Assembly (NCBI RefSeq): GCF_018977255.1
Contig: NW_024704743.1
Span: 85,066,001 to 85,130,000 of the forward strand
Origin: Callorhinchus milii
Lineage: Eukaryota
DNA length: 64,000 nucleotides
Direction: 5' to 3'
Part shown: piece by piece, positions 14,162 to 27,630 of the stretch
How positions within the stretch are numbered: position 1 is the stretch's first letter
Layout of the letters: each line of letters begins with the position of its first letter
Program-made: the position numbers and the translations under genes
Notes under the pieces: model-generated
The model's database searches: none
What the model was told of the DNA's origin: nothing
Seen by the model: only the letters and a program-made list of their open reading frames with translations

Positions 14162-14249
14162 AAAGAGAAGCAACTGAGGCTGGAGATGCAGAGAGGCCAG
14201 ATCCACCTAAGAGGAGATGGAGTGATGGACTTTCCCCCCTCCCCCCCTT

Positions 14250-14531
14250 GGGTTCTGCAGTAATAACACCTCTATTCCCTTGCTTCGTTGCAATCCCCCT
14301 CTTTGTTCTGCATCATTAATGGCTCTTTAACCATTATTCCCTGTCCTCTACCCCATTTTCTCCTTTGTCTTCCTTGCTCTGCCTCCTTCCTCTCTGCTAG
14401 CCCTTAAAAGCCTCACCAACTCAACATGCCCCAGTTCTGATGAAGGGTCGTGGACCGAAATGTTGACTCACTTTCCTTTCTCCATAGATGCTGCCTGACC
14501 TGCTGAGTGTTCCCAGTGACTTCTGTTTTTG
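14250..14531 (+). mobile_element. Penelope-like element terminal repeat fragment with hammerhead core
   Basis: cagttCTGATGAagggtcgtggaccGAAAtgttgac followed by tctccatagatgctgcctgacctgctgag; the same module recurs at 29770, 30285, 42486. Confidence 0.65.
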
Positions 14532-17500
14532 GTGTGATGATAGTGATGTGCCTATCACTTTCTCAAATATATCCTCATATGTTATTGTTCTATTACTCAG
14601 CATAATGTACACAGTGTTGGTATTCTTCCCACTGGATATTATTGCAGATGCATAGTTGAACGGTTAGTCAGCAGCATTAACAGTTTTAACCGGTCTTCCT
14701 TTCTCTGGAAGATGTAAGAGCTTTCTCTTCTGAAATGCACAAGAATACTATTTTTTTGCTGGACTAATGCTGAAGAGTGTTAATGCTATGCTGAACACTG
14801 TGTAAACAGAGAGGACTAACATGTCCTCATCGATGAAATAACAATCCTTTCATTAAGTCTTTATAATGGGATTACCATTCATAAAGACATAATTCAAAGA
14901 TATTTTAGCAATCGCATATCATAGACCCAAAGGATCCAATTTCAATACCTTTCTCCACTGTGCCTGATGGCACTGTAGTTTCATGCTACATTGCCCCTTT
15001 GTGTTTCACCAGCTGTTTCTTAACTCCCATTAAGGTTACAAACTCTTGACTGTGACAAGTCATAAATTTGAAAGGACTTTAGATCAATTTCTGTTCTTTT
15101 TCTTCTAATTTGCTGAGTCAAGGTAATAGTCCATTTAATTCCACATGCTGCTTGTGGCCATTTGTATGAGATGAAAAGAAATAGTATTAATGCCATTGTT
15201 CATACTATAGTAAGAATGAAATATAGTTTATTTTTAGAAGTAAAATCTAAAACTTTAGCACAGAAATTTCTAGAGGTAGGCTTGTACAATAACATGCTAA
15301 TAATAATATTCTTTGTTTTTGATGTAACATCTTTCATGTTAGGAGCACATGTGAAAGCACTTCACAGGATTTTACTGTAAAAGTGTAGTGATGATATATT
15401 TAGTAGGTGAACATGGCAGGTAATTTGCACACAGCAAAGTTGCTCAAACAGCCATGAAATGAATGACCAATTTTAGATGGGTGGCCAGGAGACTGGGAAA
15501 CTTCCTTCAGTTTATCGAATAGTGTCAGGGATTCTTTAATGTCTACCTGAAGACAGGACCTCAGTTTAAAGTCTCATCTGAACGAAAGCACCTCTGATAA
15601 TGCAGGACAGCCCCAGCCCCATTGTATTGGAGTGTCAGCCTAGACTATGAGCTCAATCTGCATAGCTCACCAATCTCAACTCTAGGTGACAATTCAAACA
15701 CTGTAATTTCAAAGACTGAGCAGTTTGCTCCTTTAAGTCATTAGAAATGTAGGGGTGGTACTGAGAGCCATTTGTGAGATATTTACATCTCTTAAAACAG
15801 TTTAAATTGTTATCTGTGTTCTAGTTGCTGATATTAATGACACAGGGCTGCTTTTTCAAATGAAAATGACAATTTCTGCAAATCACCATCGTAATACAAC
15901 ATGTTTTGGCATTAGTGCAGTGCAAACAATCTTGCTGAGCCAAAGGTGCAGTTTAAATACGAAAAACAATAAATCACTTTCACTTCAGTAAACCTTCATT
16001 GCTGGCAGGGTAGTGATGAGGTCAATAGTGTGGCATTATGAATAATAACGTCACACTTTTGAATTCACTCCAGTGTTATAAAATGAATTCAGCCCTGGTA
16101 TTAAATGTCAGAATGCCATCATCAGTCCCTTCTGGAAACATTAAATTTCCCATGGGTCTATTCTACTAACGACTAGTGCCAAAAGGAATCTGGTTACTGA
16201 CATAAAGGTATAACAAAAGTTGCCCTTGCTTCATGTACCTTCAATGGTAATGAATCTGCTTTGTGTCAAGGATCATCTCACAGTCGGGTGATATGTGTAC
16301 AGTTTTAGTGGACTGGACATGTTATGAAGACAGTTGCCATGTGTCAAAAGGGTTGTAAGGCTTTAGTTAAGGTTTTTCAGCCATTGCAGTTAATATTTAC
16401 CCTGAAAATCTTTAATGCATTTTTCATAACTCTGCTTTGTTTATAAACAGATGAAATCTTAAAGATGTGATATTTGAGGTGATTGGATCACGACCACTCA
16501 AACACACTGAGAACCAAACATGTGCTGTCACCTTGATTCTACAATATTCTGTTATTTCCAAATAGAGATGTTAATGTGTGTAAAATGCATCTCAAGAGGC
16601 AATACTTTCAATAAAATGAAAATCAAAGGGATTTTATAGTGAGTAAAATCTTTAGATGTCTGTGCCTTCTCTTTGATTCACCCATATAATTTTATCACAT
16701 TTATCAAGGGTGTTCGCTACTATTTGAGTCAAGTAGTAAGACTCCCTAACACAATATAAAACTGCTTTTTCAGATGTTCTGAGGACAATTTATTGCCGCG
16801 TAGTGATGGAATGTAAAGTGTAAACACATTCACTTAAAACAGTAATTGTGCCAGAGTTAAAAATGCTACTAAAGATAGTTTTATTACTGAAATCCAGAGC
16901 AGCACCCTAACTGTTCCCTTTGCCTTTAAAAGGTGGCCAAGTGGCACAGCACATTCTTTATTAATTCACGTATAGTATGTGAAAGAATATGGTTTTATAT
17001 TTATCTTTCCCACCCAGTGCAGTGAGTTCATAAATCTTGATATTTATCTTTCCCACCCAGTGCAGTGAGTTCTTGAGTTCTGATCTAACCCTTCACATGC
17101 TGTGAAGGGTTAGATCAGAACAGAGACTCAGTGCTTTCCACACAGGGAGTTAAATGGCAAGTCACCCTGATCCATTCTCTAACATAACACTTTCCAGACC
17201 AGCACTGCCAGAGTCCAAGATCAGTAAAACATCCTGAAGGTTCCATATTAATGAATGATAGAAGGGAACCTCAGGAAGGAGAAACACCTGTATAGGAGTA
17301 TAGGAATGTACTGCTATATAAAAAAATGATTAATTTGGCAAGGTAAAAAAAAACATACATTTGCATCTTTTTCATGCCGCTCAATCGATTTCTTCATCAA
17401 AGAGGAATTTAATTCCTTCGTGAATTTCCTATCCACGAGCTGCTTCCCTTGACTATTTGGTTAGGCCACTTTACATATTCATCACCCTGTGGATAAAGTA

Positions 17501-19984
17501 ATTATACCTAAAATGTGTTTACTTCCTCTTTTCTGACCTTGAATAGACTGCCATAAATGCAGAATTTTTGGTTGTTCAGAGTAAATATATTTTCTTTTGT
17601 GATCCAATTATTTCCTGTTACATAATAATAATGACAATAATAATCCTTGATTCTTATACAGTGCCCTTCATGTATGGAGGATTTCTCAAAGCACTTCACA
17701 CAATATACTGTAAATTGTAGTCACTGTATATTTTGTATTGTAGTCATGAATATTCATAATAATAATCCTTGCATTTGATATAATGCTTTTCACGTCTTCT
17801 AGAGTCTCCAAGTGCTTCATAGAATATACTGTAAAGTGAATTAACTGTATATTTGTGGGTGAAACGCATCAGCCAATTGCACACAGCAGTGTCCCACAAA
17901 CAGTCGTGGATTGAAGTGACCAATTTATTATTGTTTTTTTTTCTTGAGGGATTATTATCAGCGTGTGGAGTAAGGACATTTAAGAAACATAACATAACAG
18001 TTCTCCTTAAAAGTTTTATAATGTTTGTTTAGGGAGCACCGTCTGCTTTTTCTAGCCTCAGTGCCTCATGCTGTGCTAAAAAAAGTGTGAAATTAGCCAA
18101 GAGAGGCCTGAAATTTCACTTTGTCCTAACCTGTATGACCTATTTTTAAAATTTAAGATTGTGCAGCGTTATAGAAAATCCTTAAGTTCACTCATAATTT
18201 GGAAGTTCATTCTTTTTAGAAAGTGTAAGAAAGCAGCTTCCAAATGAAGTCTGAATGTGCGGGAGTCACCACACTGCACAGTAAATCCTGTGAAGCGATT
18301 TGAGACATCTCAACGACATGATAAGGTGCTATTATTAAATTGACAAATCTGTTCCTTTTAGGCTGATCTCAAATGTATATCAAATGTAAGGATTCCTATT
18401 ATTATCCATTTCTGATGTGCCTCTGAATGGTAGATTCCCGATAATGGCTGTTGGAGAGATATAGAAAATTGTTGGTAACTCTACCCTTAGTGCTATTTAA
18501 TTTGCCAGGTTAAGAATCATGAAACTGCAAGTGGAATAAGAAACCAGTACCACAACGCAGTTGCTACTTTGGCAAGTCGAAAAACAAACATTTTTGGGAA
18601 ACCTGGTGGGATTGTAAGGATCTCACAGCTGTGCTGCTGTCCCCTTCAGTGTATCACGTGGTAATTTGTCCATCCCTCCTACTCCCCGTCCCTCACTCTT
18701 ATATTTGCTCCTGTTCTCTGTGTGGTCTCCAAATCTTCCTCCCAAAAGCTCTCCCACACAGATTGATGGCCTACAGCTGTGCAATGAACATCACTTCGGA
18801 CCAGATCATTTCACTCTTTGCGGGACGTGTAAAAGCACCACCAAAAAATGATTCCATAATAGTATATGGACTTTGAAATTACCATTAACGCATTGAATCT
18901 GAAACTTTTCACACACTGTGTGGTAATATGTCAATCATAATTTGGAGTGCAGTAGTTCACCTGGAAACAAAACAATCTGCATGACTACAGGCAGCTGTGT
19001 GGCTTAGGGGTTATGCGGCTGAGTGACTAGAAGCATCCTGTGTGCAGTAAGGGCATCATATATTTCTCCAGATAGTTATGTATTACCAGGGGTGGTAATT
19101 TAAAACTTCTAGTAAATACTACTGTCCTTGGAATTTCCATTTAATTAAATTATAAAGAAATTCTAGGCTTTGGCGTCTAATTTACATGTTTGTAAAACAA
19201 TTTGTTGTTTTAATTGTAACTTTTGTTGTACAATTTCCAAAATTTGGTAACATTTGGGTAACAACTTTTATCTATTTTGCAAATTGTGATCCCAAGACGG
19301 CAAAGTCCCAAAAAAAGACAGGTGAGCAAAACAGCGAGACGTTTCCCTGATTTCACCCCAAACAAGGCAGGTGAGTAAACCAGCCAGAGTGTTTCACTCG
19401 CTAGCTCTTTTTTCAGAATTTGATGACTTGAGATTTTTGATTTTTACCTCATATTTCACAAAGCAAACTGGCAGAAGTTATTAATGTAACACGTTAGATC
19501 TCACAGATTAAACCACCATATAATTAGATATGAGATTTGAGCCAGTGACCAGAAGGTATTAATTTAAAATAATTAGCAAAGGTGCAAAAGGGGACGTTAT
19601 TTTTCTTACAGTTGTTAGTATGTGGGATATCCAGCTGGGTGTGGAGGATCAGGTAAAATTTATATTAGCTTTCAAGAGGGAACTGGATAGATATCTAATA
19701 TGTAATTTGTAGAGGAATGGGAAAGGTAAGTGTTACTGGATGAATTACACTTTCAAAGAGCTAGTACAGCCATGATGGGCTGAATTCTGTGCTGTAAATT
19801 TTTATGGTTCTATCTCATCGGAATACAATTGACTGCTACTTTTTCCATTATTAGAGTATTCTGATGGCCAGTTTCGTAGGATTATTGAAATTGCTTTGAA
19901 TAATATTGTGGTTGATGGGCAATTCCATTCAGAAGTCAGATTCATGGGGCAGCTTTAAGTAATGCTTCTTCACAAAGTTACAAA

Positions 19985-20300
19985 TTCATAAAATCACAAG
20001 AGTGGTTTGAATGAACAAGGTCTTTCGGCTCATCTGATCATCCCTCCAGAACACCCACCCTACCGTCTTCCCATCACAGCATCAAGCTACTTCTTAAATT
20101 AATCTATTCTCCTGGTCTGAAACACCCTCCTTGGCAAACTGTTCCAGTCGTTAATTATCCTCTGAGTAAAGAAAACCTTTCTGGTATCTTTCCTGAAATT
20201 GCCCTTTGGAAATCTAAATCTATGTCCCCTTGTTCTGCTGTCTTGGTGCATCCTAAAGTATTGTTCTAGGTTTACTTTTTCAATCCCATTTAAGATATGG
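19985..20300 (-). mobile_element. CR1 LINE 3' fragment
   Basis: DSRTRGHRFRFPKGNFRKDTRKVFFTQRIINDWNSLP. Confidence 0.8.
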
Positions 20301-20788
20301 CAGAACAGGAAACGTCTTAGTCCACAAAATGCTTGTCTTGCAGTGGAGGATGTATAAAAGCTCTGCTTCAGATCTGTCTTATTCTCAGTGCACACATTCA
20401 GCACACTAAAACAATATGAAAAATAGCAGGATAAAATAGCTGTGTGATATTCACTGCTCTTGTGGTTTCATACAATCCTCCTCTTGCAAGATTAATAACA
20501 TTCTCTTGATCTCTATTCTCATGTGCCAGTGGCTGATATCCACATCATAGCTGTGCTAGTCTTCAGTTTCAGTTTCACGTCATTCTTTATATCATTGTCA
20601 CTTTAACAACCACGTTTCTCCTTCATTACAAATTAATCCTCTGGTGAAGGCGCTATATCAAATGCAAAAATTATTATGAGTCATACCCAAAGGTTAAACT
20701 AACTTTCTCATTCTGATGCTTATCAACCTGCTCAGCAGGCCCAATACATTCTGTTTTTCAATCGTAGAAAATGGCAGCTTGCTTCATT

Positions 20789-21093
20789 GTGGAGTCCTGT
20801 AGCTCAGTGGTTAGAGCACTCGCCTGGGTTCAATTCCCAGCAGGGCGAAACCTTGGGCACGTTTCCTTACTCCACACGCCTAATAATAATCTCTCCAAAA
20901 CAAAACAATAATAAATTGGTCATTTTCAATCCATGACTGTTTGTAGGACGCTGCTGTGCGCAATTGGCTGCCGCGTTTCGCCCACAAATATATGGTCAAT
21001 TCACTTTACAGTCTATTTTGTGAAACGCTTTGAGACACCGAGAAGACGTGTAAAGCGCTATATCAAATGCAAAGATTATTATTATTATATTAT
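20789..21093 (+). mobile_element. tRNA-derived SINE (short form, anticodon-arm deletion)
   Basis: Match to the other copies. Confidence 0.88.
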
Positions 21094-22604
21094 TTTTGTC
21101 AAGCCTGCTCTTAATTAGAGATTCGAAACTGGTGATTCTATCACTAGGAGTTGAAAAAAGGATTGCTGGGAATGTAGCATTGTAAATGACTGCAGAAAAA
21201 CTTCCTTGGGATGGAAGATGTCTCTCCTCCAGAGAATGTCATGTATGAACATCACAATGACTCGAGAAGACCTCAAGCTCTGACCCCGATGTGGCCTCCA
21301 AGCCAAATTCTCGTGGAATGAAGTGACATATATGGAATTCCCTGTTGGAAACGCACTTTAGTTTCGCATGTTTGCCTACAAAATGCATGTCACTGCACTA
21401 TACAGTGTATCTGTCCTCCCAACATAGAAGATGCTATATCAAATGCAAGGTTTTTTTTTGTCCCCCGGGGTGCTTTATCCAGTGTGGACTAATAATTAAT
21501 GCTGACAATTTCCCAAAGAGCACATTTTCAATTCCAGTGTGATTTGATCTAATACGGCTGCCCCTAATTCAATGTGCAATTACTAAGTTTTAGTCATTAG
21601 TCATTATGCTGAAAGTAGAATTCCTGCCAAAATACTGTAAGTAGAAGCTGGACATTTTACATTGCGGCAAAGCTGCTAATTCCAGCTCATAAAAGTAATT
21701 ATTCTGATGTGAATGCAATACTTCTTTTAACACCTATTTTATGAGCATCTATCACATTGTCTAAAGAATTTCATAAATCAGGACAAAAACCAAGATAATT
21801 TCAAAAAAGTACAAATAAATAGTGTTAGTCACTTTGACGACTTATAAACGACTAGTGCAAAACTATATAAAACACAACATACTGCAGATGCTGGAAATCT
21901 GAAACAAAAACAGAGATCATTGGGAAGTCTTTAATCAGCCCACGGTAAGCATTCATTTAATGCTCCTTTCCCAGATAACTGGCCTAAAAATAACTACAAT
22001 TAAGGAATGGAATGCGTTTTCTAGAATAATAGTTTTGACTCCAATAATAAAAGCAATCACTACTATTCATTTTCTAGCATTTGACACTTGCACAACATTA
22101 AGAGAATTTAAGACATATTCCTAAGGCAGAGTAAAGGTTCAGTTGTCTGCACTACACCTGACCTGAGTGCTTTGGGCCTCTTCTTTGGGGCTACCACCTT
22201 TACCACATTTCCAACATGATTTGACGTGTCTTTTCCCGGCATTCTCAACAGAATGAAATGTCCAACACTGCTTGTTGTAGATATGTCCTTTCCATGGTCT
22301 AGGTCAGGATAGTGCAACTGGCGGCACAAGTGCTGCATCCGGCACAACCTCCCATTTCATCTGGCCCACCCACTACCTCCATAACCCATAAATGTTTCTG
22401 TAAGGGAAACACAAATCTATTGCTTATGCACCCGTGGACATTTCTCAAATAAGGCAACCGGCCCTCGGGAGCCAAAAGGTTGGACCACCCTGGTCAAGGA
22501 TATATACTTAGGGATGTGTTGGGAGCTGAACTTAATGTCAGTCTTTAAATCTTCAGTGAAAACCCGATTTTTCCTTTTAAAATCTTCTAAAAAAAACATA
22601 CTAT

Positions 22605-22790
22605 ATCATACAATCATAGAATTATATAGGGCAGAAGGCCATTCGGCCCATCGTGTCTGTGCTGGCTCTTTGAAAAGACCTATCCAATTCAATCCCACTC
22701 CTCCACTCTCTCCCCATGGCCCTGCAAATTTATCCTCCCCAAATAATAATCTACTTTTTTCTTAAAAGTTGTTATTGAATCGGCTTCCAA
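22605..22790 (-). mobile_element. CR1 3' UTR fragment
   Basis: Similar to 10726-10920 (ggccattcggcccatcgtgtctgtgctggctctttga). Confidence 0.75.
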
Positions 22791-23769
22791 AAAAAAAAAA
22801 AAATTGGTCACTTCAATCTACGACTGTTTGTAGGACACCACTGTGTGTAATTGGCTGCCGCATTTCGCCCACAAAATATAGTCAATTCACTTTATAGTAT
22901 ATTCCGTGAAATCATTTGAGATGTCTCAATGATTTGATAAGACACTATGTCAAATGTAAGCATTATTATTATTACTGGTTAAGTGACTTGCAATCAAACA
23001 CATAAATTTGAAGTGAACACACTGAAAAAGGATCATAAACAAAATCTTTTATTTTATGTTATAGTGTATTTCTCTTTCAGGTGCTTTTTTTTCTTCTGGG
23101 AAGTTTGTTCATTTCTATTTATCAACATTCTGCTTTTTTATTTTTGTTTATCTTCCTGAATTAGTGAACACAATTCTGTTTGGATTGTTATGCCCACAGG
23201 ACCCAATAGAGGGAGCTACTATATTGCAGAAGATGTGAACTTCCCATTACAATTACCACTATTCACCACACTGTAAATACAGTAAAATGTTAGACATCAC
23301 TGTGTGTGTTGGACTTCCAAATATATTTTTGTGCAAAAAGAACATGCATTTATGCAGATTCACATATTTGGCTTGTATATATACATATAGATGAACACTG
23401 CATATTCAAATCTGTATATTTTGCCTAAATAATTCATATTTTCAGATGGTATATTATGTTTATTATGTATTATGTACATTTAATCACATAATCTTTAAAC
23501 GGTTATACATATTTGTGTCCAAGTCAGCAGACAGTATATGCGCACAGTGGAGGCTACTTAAGTCAGATAGTGTTTTGTCTGAATTAATCAGCGTAATCCA
23601 AAGTCAATACATGAATTAGCACCCAGTTGTCTTCATTGTGCGACCTATTACAGCACCAATTACAGGAGCATATGTAAAGGCCTGAAAAGAATGCTCAGTG
23701 ATCATTTACAAACAAAAAAGGTGATCGTCTCTTTATAAATTTATGAACTGTAGTTTTCTTTCCCCCCAT

Positions 23770-23907
23770 ACAGTTGGCAATTAGGTCAGACTTCTTGATG
23801 TTGAATCTTCTGGCTGGTTCTTGTAGGGGAATCCCAGGCGGATCCTGCTTGACTTTTTCTAAAACTTCCAGTTTCTGCGGGAGCATTAGAGACACCTTTT
23901 TCGACAT
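23770..23907 (-). mobile_element. pogo/Tigger transposase N-terminal (CENP-B-type HTH) remnant
   Basis: MSKKVSLMLPQKLEVLEKVKQDPPGIPLQEPARRFNIKKSDL resembles the LTLxQKLEI...LARxFNIxKST HTH-psq pattern; no downstream DDE domain. Confidence 0.5.
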
Positions 23908-23944
23908 GATTTTTACACAAACTGACTGCGAGGGATGGAAGTTA

Positions 23945-24249
23945 TAATAACAATAATAATCCTTGCATTTGATATAGCGCTTTTCACGTCTTCTAGACGT
24001 CCCAAAGCGGTTCACAGAATATACTGTAAAGTGAATGGACTGTATATTTGTGGGCGAACGCGGCAGCCAATTGCGCACAGCAATGTCCCACAAACAGTCG
24101 TGGATTGAAAATGACCAATTTATTATTGTTTTTGGTTTTGGAGGGATTATTATTAGGTGTGTGGAGTAAGGAAACTTGCCCAAGGTTTCGCCCTGACCTG
24201 CTGGGGATTGAACTCAGGTCTCTCACTTGCAAAACGAGTGCTCTAACCA
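23945..24249 (-). mobile_element. tRNA-derived SINE truncated within its A box by the minisatellite
   Basis: Ends at ctctaacca; the expected ctgagctacaggactcc is absent. Confidence 0.9.
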
Positions 24250-27200
24250 GCCCCTGGGGGTCGGGTCAGGAGCTCAGCCCCTGGGGGTCGGGAGCTCAGC
24301 CCCTGGGGGTCAGGTCAGGAGCTCAGCCCCTGGGGGTCAGGTCAGGAGCTCAGCCCCTGGGGGTCAGGTCGGGAGCTCAGCCCCTGGGGGTCAGGTCGGG
24401 AGCTCAGCCCCTGGGGGTCGGGTCGGGAGCTCAGCCCCTGGGGGTCGGGTCGGGAGCTCAGTCCCTGGGGGTCGGGTCAGGAGCTCAGCCCCTGGGGGTC
24501 AGGAGCTCAGCCCCTGGGGGTCGGGTCGGGAGCTCAGCCCTGGGGGTCGGGAGCTCAGCCCCTGGGGGTCAGGTCAGGAGCTCAGCCCCTGGGGGTCAGG
24601 TCAGGAGCTCAGCCCCTGGGGGTCGGGTCGGGAGCTCAGCCCCTGGGGGTCAGGTCAGGAGCTCAGCCCCTGGGGCTCAGGTCGGGAGCTCAGCCCCTGG
24701 GGGTCAGGTCGGGAGCTCAGCCCCTGGGGGTCGGGTCGGGAGCTCAGCCCCTGGGGGTCGGGTCGGGAGCTCAGTCCCTGGGGGTCGGGTCGGGAGCTCA
24801 GTCCCTGGGGGTCGGGTCAGGAGCTCAGTCCCTGGGGGTCGGGTCAGGAGCTCAGCCCCTGGGGGTCAGGAGCTCAGCCCCTGGGGGTCGGGTCGGGAGC
24901 TCAGCCCCTGGGGGTCGGGAGCTCAGCCCCTGGGGGTCAGGTCAGGAGCTCAGCCCCTGGGGTCAGGTCAGGAGCTCAGCCCCTGGGGGTCGGGTCGGGA
25001 GCTCAGCCCCTGGGGGTCGGGTCGGGAGCTCAGCCCCTGGGGGTCGGGTCGGGAGCTCAGTCCCTGGGGGTCGGGTCGGGAGCTCAGCCCCTGGGGGTCG
25101 GGTCGGGAGCTCAGTCCCTGGGGTCGGGTCAGGAGCTCAGCCCCTGGGGGTCAGGAGCTCAGCCCCTGGGGGTCGGGTCGGGAGCTCAGTCCCTGGGGGT
25201 CAGGAGCTCAGCCCCTGGGGGTCAGGAGCTCAGCCCCTGGGGGTCGGGTCGGGAGCTCAGCCCCTGGGGGTCGGGTCGGGAGCTCAGTCCCTGGGGGTCG
25301 GGTCAGGAGCTCAGCCCCTGGGGGTCAGGAGCTCAGCCCCTGGGGGTCGGGTCGGGAGCTCAGTCCCTGGGGTCAGGAGCTCAGCCCTGGGGGTCAGGAG
25401 CTCAGCCCCTGGGGTCGGGTCGGGAGCTCAGTCCCTGGGGGTCGGGTCAGGAGCTCAGCCCCTGGGGGTCAGGTCGGGAGCTCAGTCCCTGGGGGTCGGG
25501 TCAGGAGCTCAGCCCCTGGGGGTCAGGAGCTCAGCCCCTGGGGGTCGGGTCAGGAGCTCAGCCCTGGGGTCGGGTCAGGAGCTCAGTCCCTGGGGGTCGG
25601 GTCAGGAGCTCAGTCCCTGGGGGTCGGGTCAGGAGCTCAGTCCCTGGGGTCGGGTCAGGAGCTCAGCCCCTGGGGGTCGGGTCGGGAGCTCAGCCCCTGG
25701 GGGTCGGGTCAGGAGCTCAGCCCCTGGGGGTCAGGAGCTCAGCCCCTGGGGGTCAGGTCAGGAGCTCAGCCCCTGGGGGTCGGGTCGGGAGCTCAGCCCC
25801 TGGGGGTCAGGTCAGGAGCTCAGCCCCTGGGGCTCAGGTCGGGAGCTCAGCCCCTGGGGGTCAGGTCGGGAGCTCAGCCCCTGGGGTCGGGTCGGGAGCT
25901 CAGCCCCTGGGGGTCGGGTCGGGAGCTCAGTCCCTGGGGGTCGGGTCGGGAGCTCAGTCCCTGGGGGTCGGGTCAGGAGCTCAGTCCCTGGGGGTCGGGT
26001 CAGGAGCTCAGCCCCTGGGGGTCAGGAGCTCAGCCCCTGGGGGTCGGGTCGGGAGCTCAGCCCCTGGGGGTCGGGAGCTCAGCCCCTGGGGGTCAGGTCA
26101 GGAGCTCAGCCCCTGGGGGTCAGGTCAGGAGCTCAGCCCCTGGGGGTCGGGTCGGGAGCTCAGCCCCTGGGGGTCGGGTCGGGAGCTCAGCCCCTGGGGG
26201 TCGGGTCGGGAGCTCAGTCCCTGGGGGTCGGGTCGGGAGCTCAGCCCTGGGGGTCGGGTCGGGAGCTCAGTCCCTGGGGGTCGGGTCAGGAGCTCAGCCC
26301 CTGGGGGTCAGGAGCTCAGCCCCTGGGGGTCGGGTCGGGAGCTCAGTCCCTGGGGTCAGGAGCTCAGCCCTGGGGGTCAGGTCAGGAGCTCAGCCCCTGG
26401 GGGTCGGGTCGGGAGCTCAGCCCCTGGGGTCGGGTCGGGAGCTCAGTCCCTGGGGGTCGGGTCAGGAGCTCAGCCCCTGGGGGTCAGGAGCTCAGCCCCT
26501 GGGGGTCGGGTCGGGAGCTCAGTCCCTGGGGTCAGGAGCTCAGCCCTGGGGGTCAGGAGCTCAGCCCCTGGGGGTCGGGTCGGGAGCTCAGCCCCTGGGG
26601 GTCGGGTCGGGAGCTCAGTCCCTGGGGGTCGGGTCAGGAGCTCAGCCCCTGGGGGTCAGGAGCTCAGCCCCTGGGGGTCAGGAGCTCAGCCCCTGGGGGT
26701 CGGGTCGGGAGCTCAGTCCCTGGGGGTCAGGAGCTCAGCCCCTGGGGGTCAGGAGCTCAGCCCCTGGGGGTCGGGTCGGGAGCTCAGTCCCTGGGGGTCG
26801 GGTCAGGAGCTCAGCCCCTGGGGGTCAGGTCGGGAGCTCAGTCCCTGGGGGTCGGGTCAGGAGCTCAGCCCCTGGGGGTCAGGAGCTCAGCCCCTGGGGG
26901 TCGGGTCAGGAGCTCAGCCCCTGGGGGTCGGGTCAGGAGCTCAGTCCCTGGGGGTCGGGTCAGGAGCTCAGTCCCTGGGGGTCGGGTCAGGAGCTCAGTC
27001 CCTGGGGGTCGGGTCAGGAGCTCAGCCCTGGGGGTCGGGTCAGGAGCTCAGCCCTGGGGGTCGGGTCAGGAGCTCAGTCCCTGGGGGTCGGGTCAGGAGC
27101 TCAGTCCCTGGGGGTCGGGTCAGGAGCTCAGTCCCTGGGGGTCGGGTCAGGAGCTCAGTCCCTGGGGGTCGGGTCAGGAGCTCAGCCCCTGGGGGTCGGG

Positions 27201-27630
27201 TCGGGAGCTCAGCCCCTGGGGGTCGGGTCGGGAGCTCAGCCCCTGGGGGTCGGGTCCTCAGCCCCTGGGGGTCGGGTCCTCAGCCCCTGGGGGTCGGGTC
27301 CTCAGCCCTGGGGGTCGGGTCCTCAGCCCCTGGGGGTCGGGTCGGGAGCTCAGCCCCTGGGGGTCGGGTCGGGAGCTCAGCCCCTGGGGGTCGGGTCAGG
27401 AGCTCAGCCCCTGGGGGTCGGGTCGGGAGCTCAGCCCCTGGGGGTCGGGTCGGGAGCTCAGCCCCTGGGGGTCGGGTCCTCAGCCCCTGGGGGTCGGGTC
27501 CTCAGCCCCTGGGGGTCGGGTCCTCAGCCCCTGGGGGTCGGGTCCTCAGCCCCTGGGGGTCGGGTCGGGAGCTCAGCCCCTGGGGGTCGGTCGGGGCTCA
27601 GCCCTGGGGTCGGGTCAGGAGCTCAGCCCC
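24250..27630 (+). repeat. G-rich minisatellite, consensus GCCCCTGGGGGTCGGGTC(A/G)GGAGCTCA (27 bp; 21-26 bp variants), roughly 130 units
   Basis: Direct reading of the tandem array. Confidence 0.98.

Noticed and set aside
16451..16470. Possible terminal exon (acag|ATGAAATCTTAAAGATGTGA) of an upstream gene such as NFATC1
   Set aside because: Too short; no recognisable protein match or partner exons in the window.
24250..27630. CRISPR-like array
   Set aside because: No unique spacers; eukaryotic tandem repeat.
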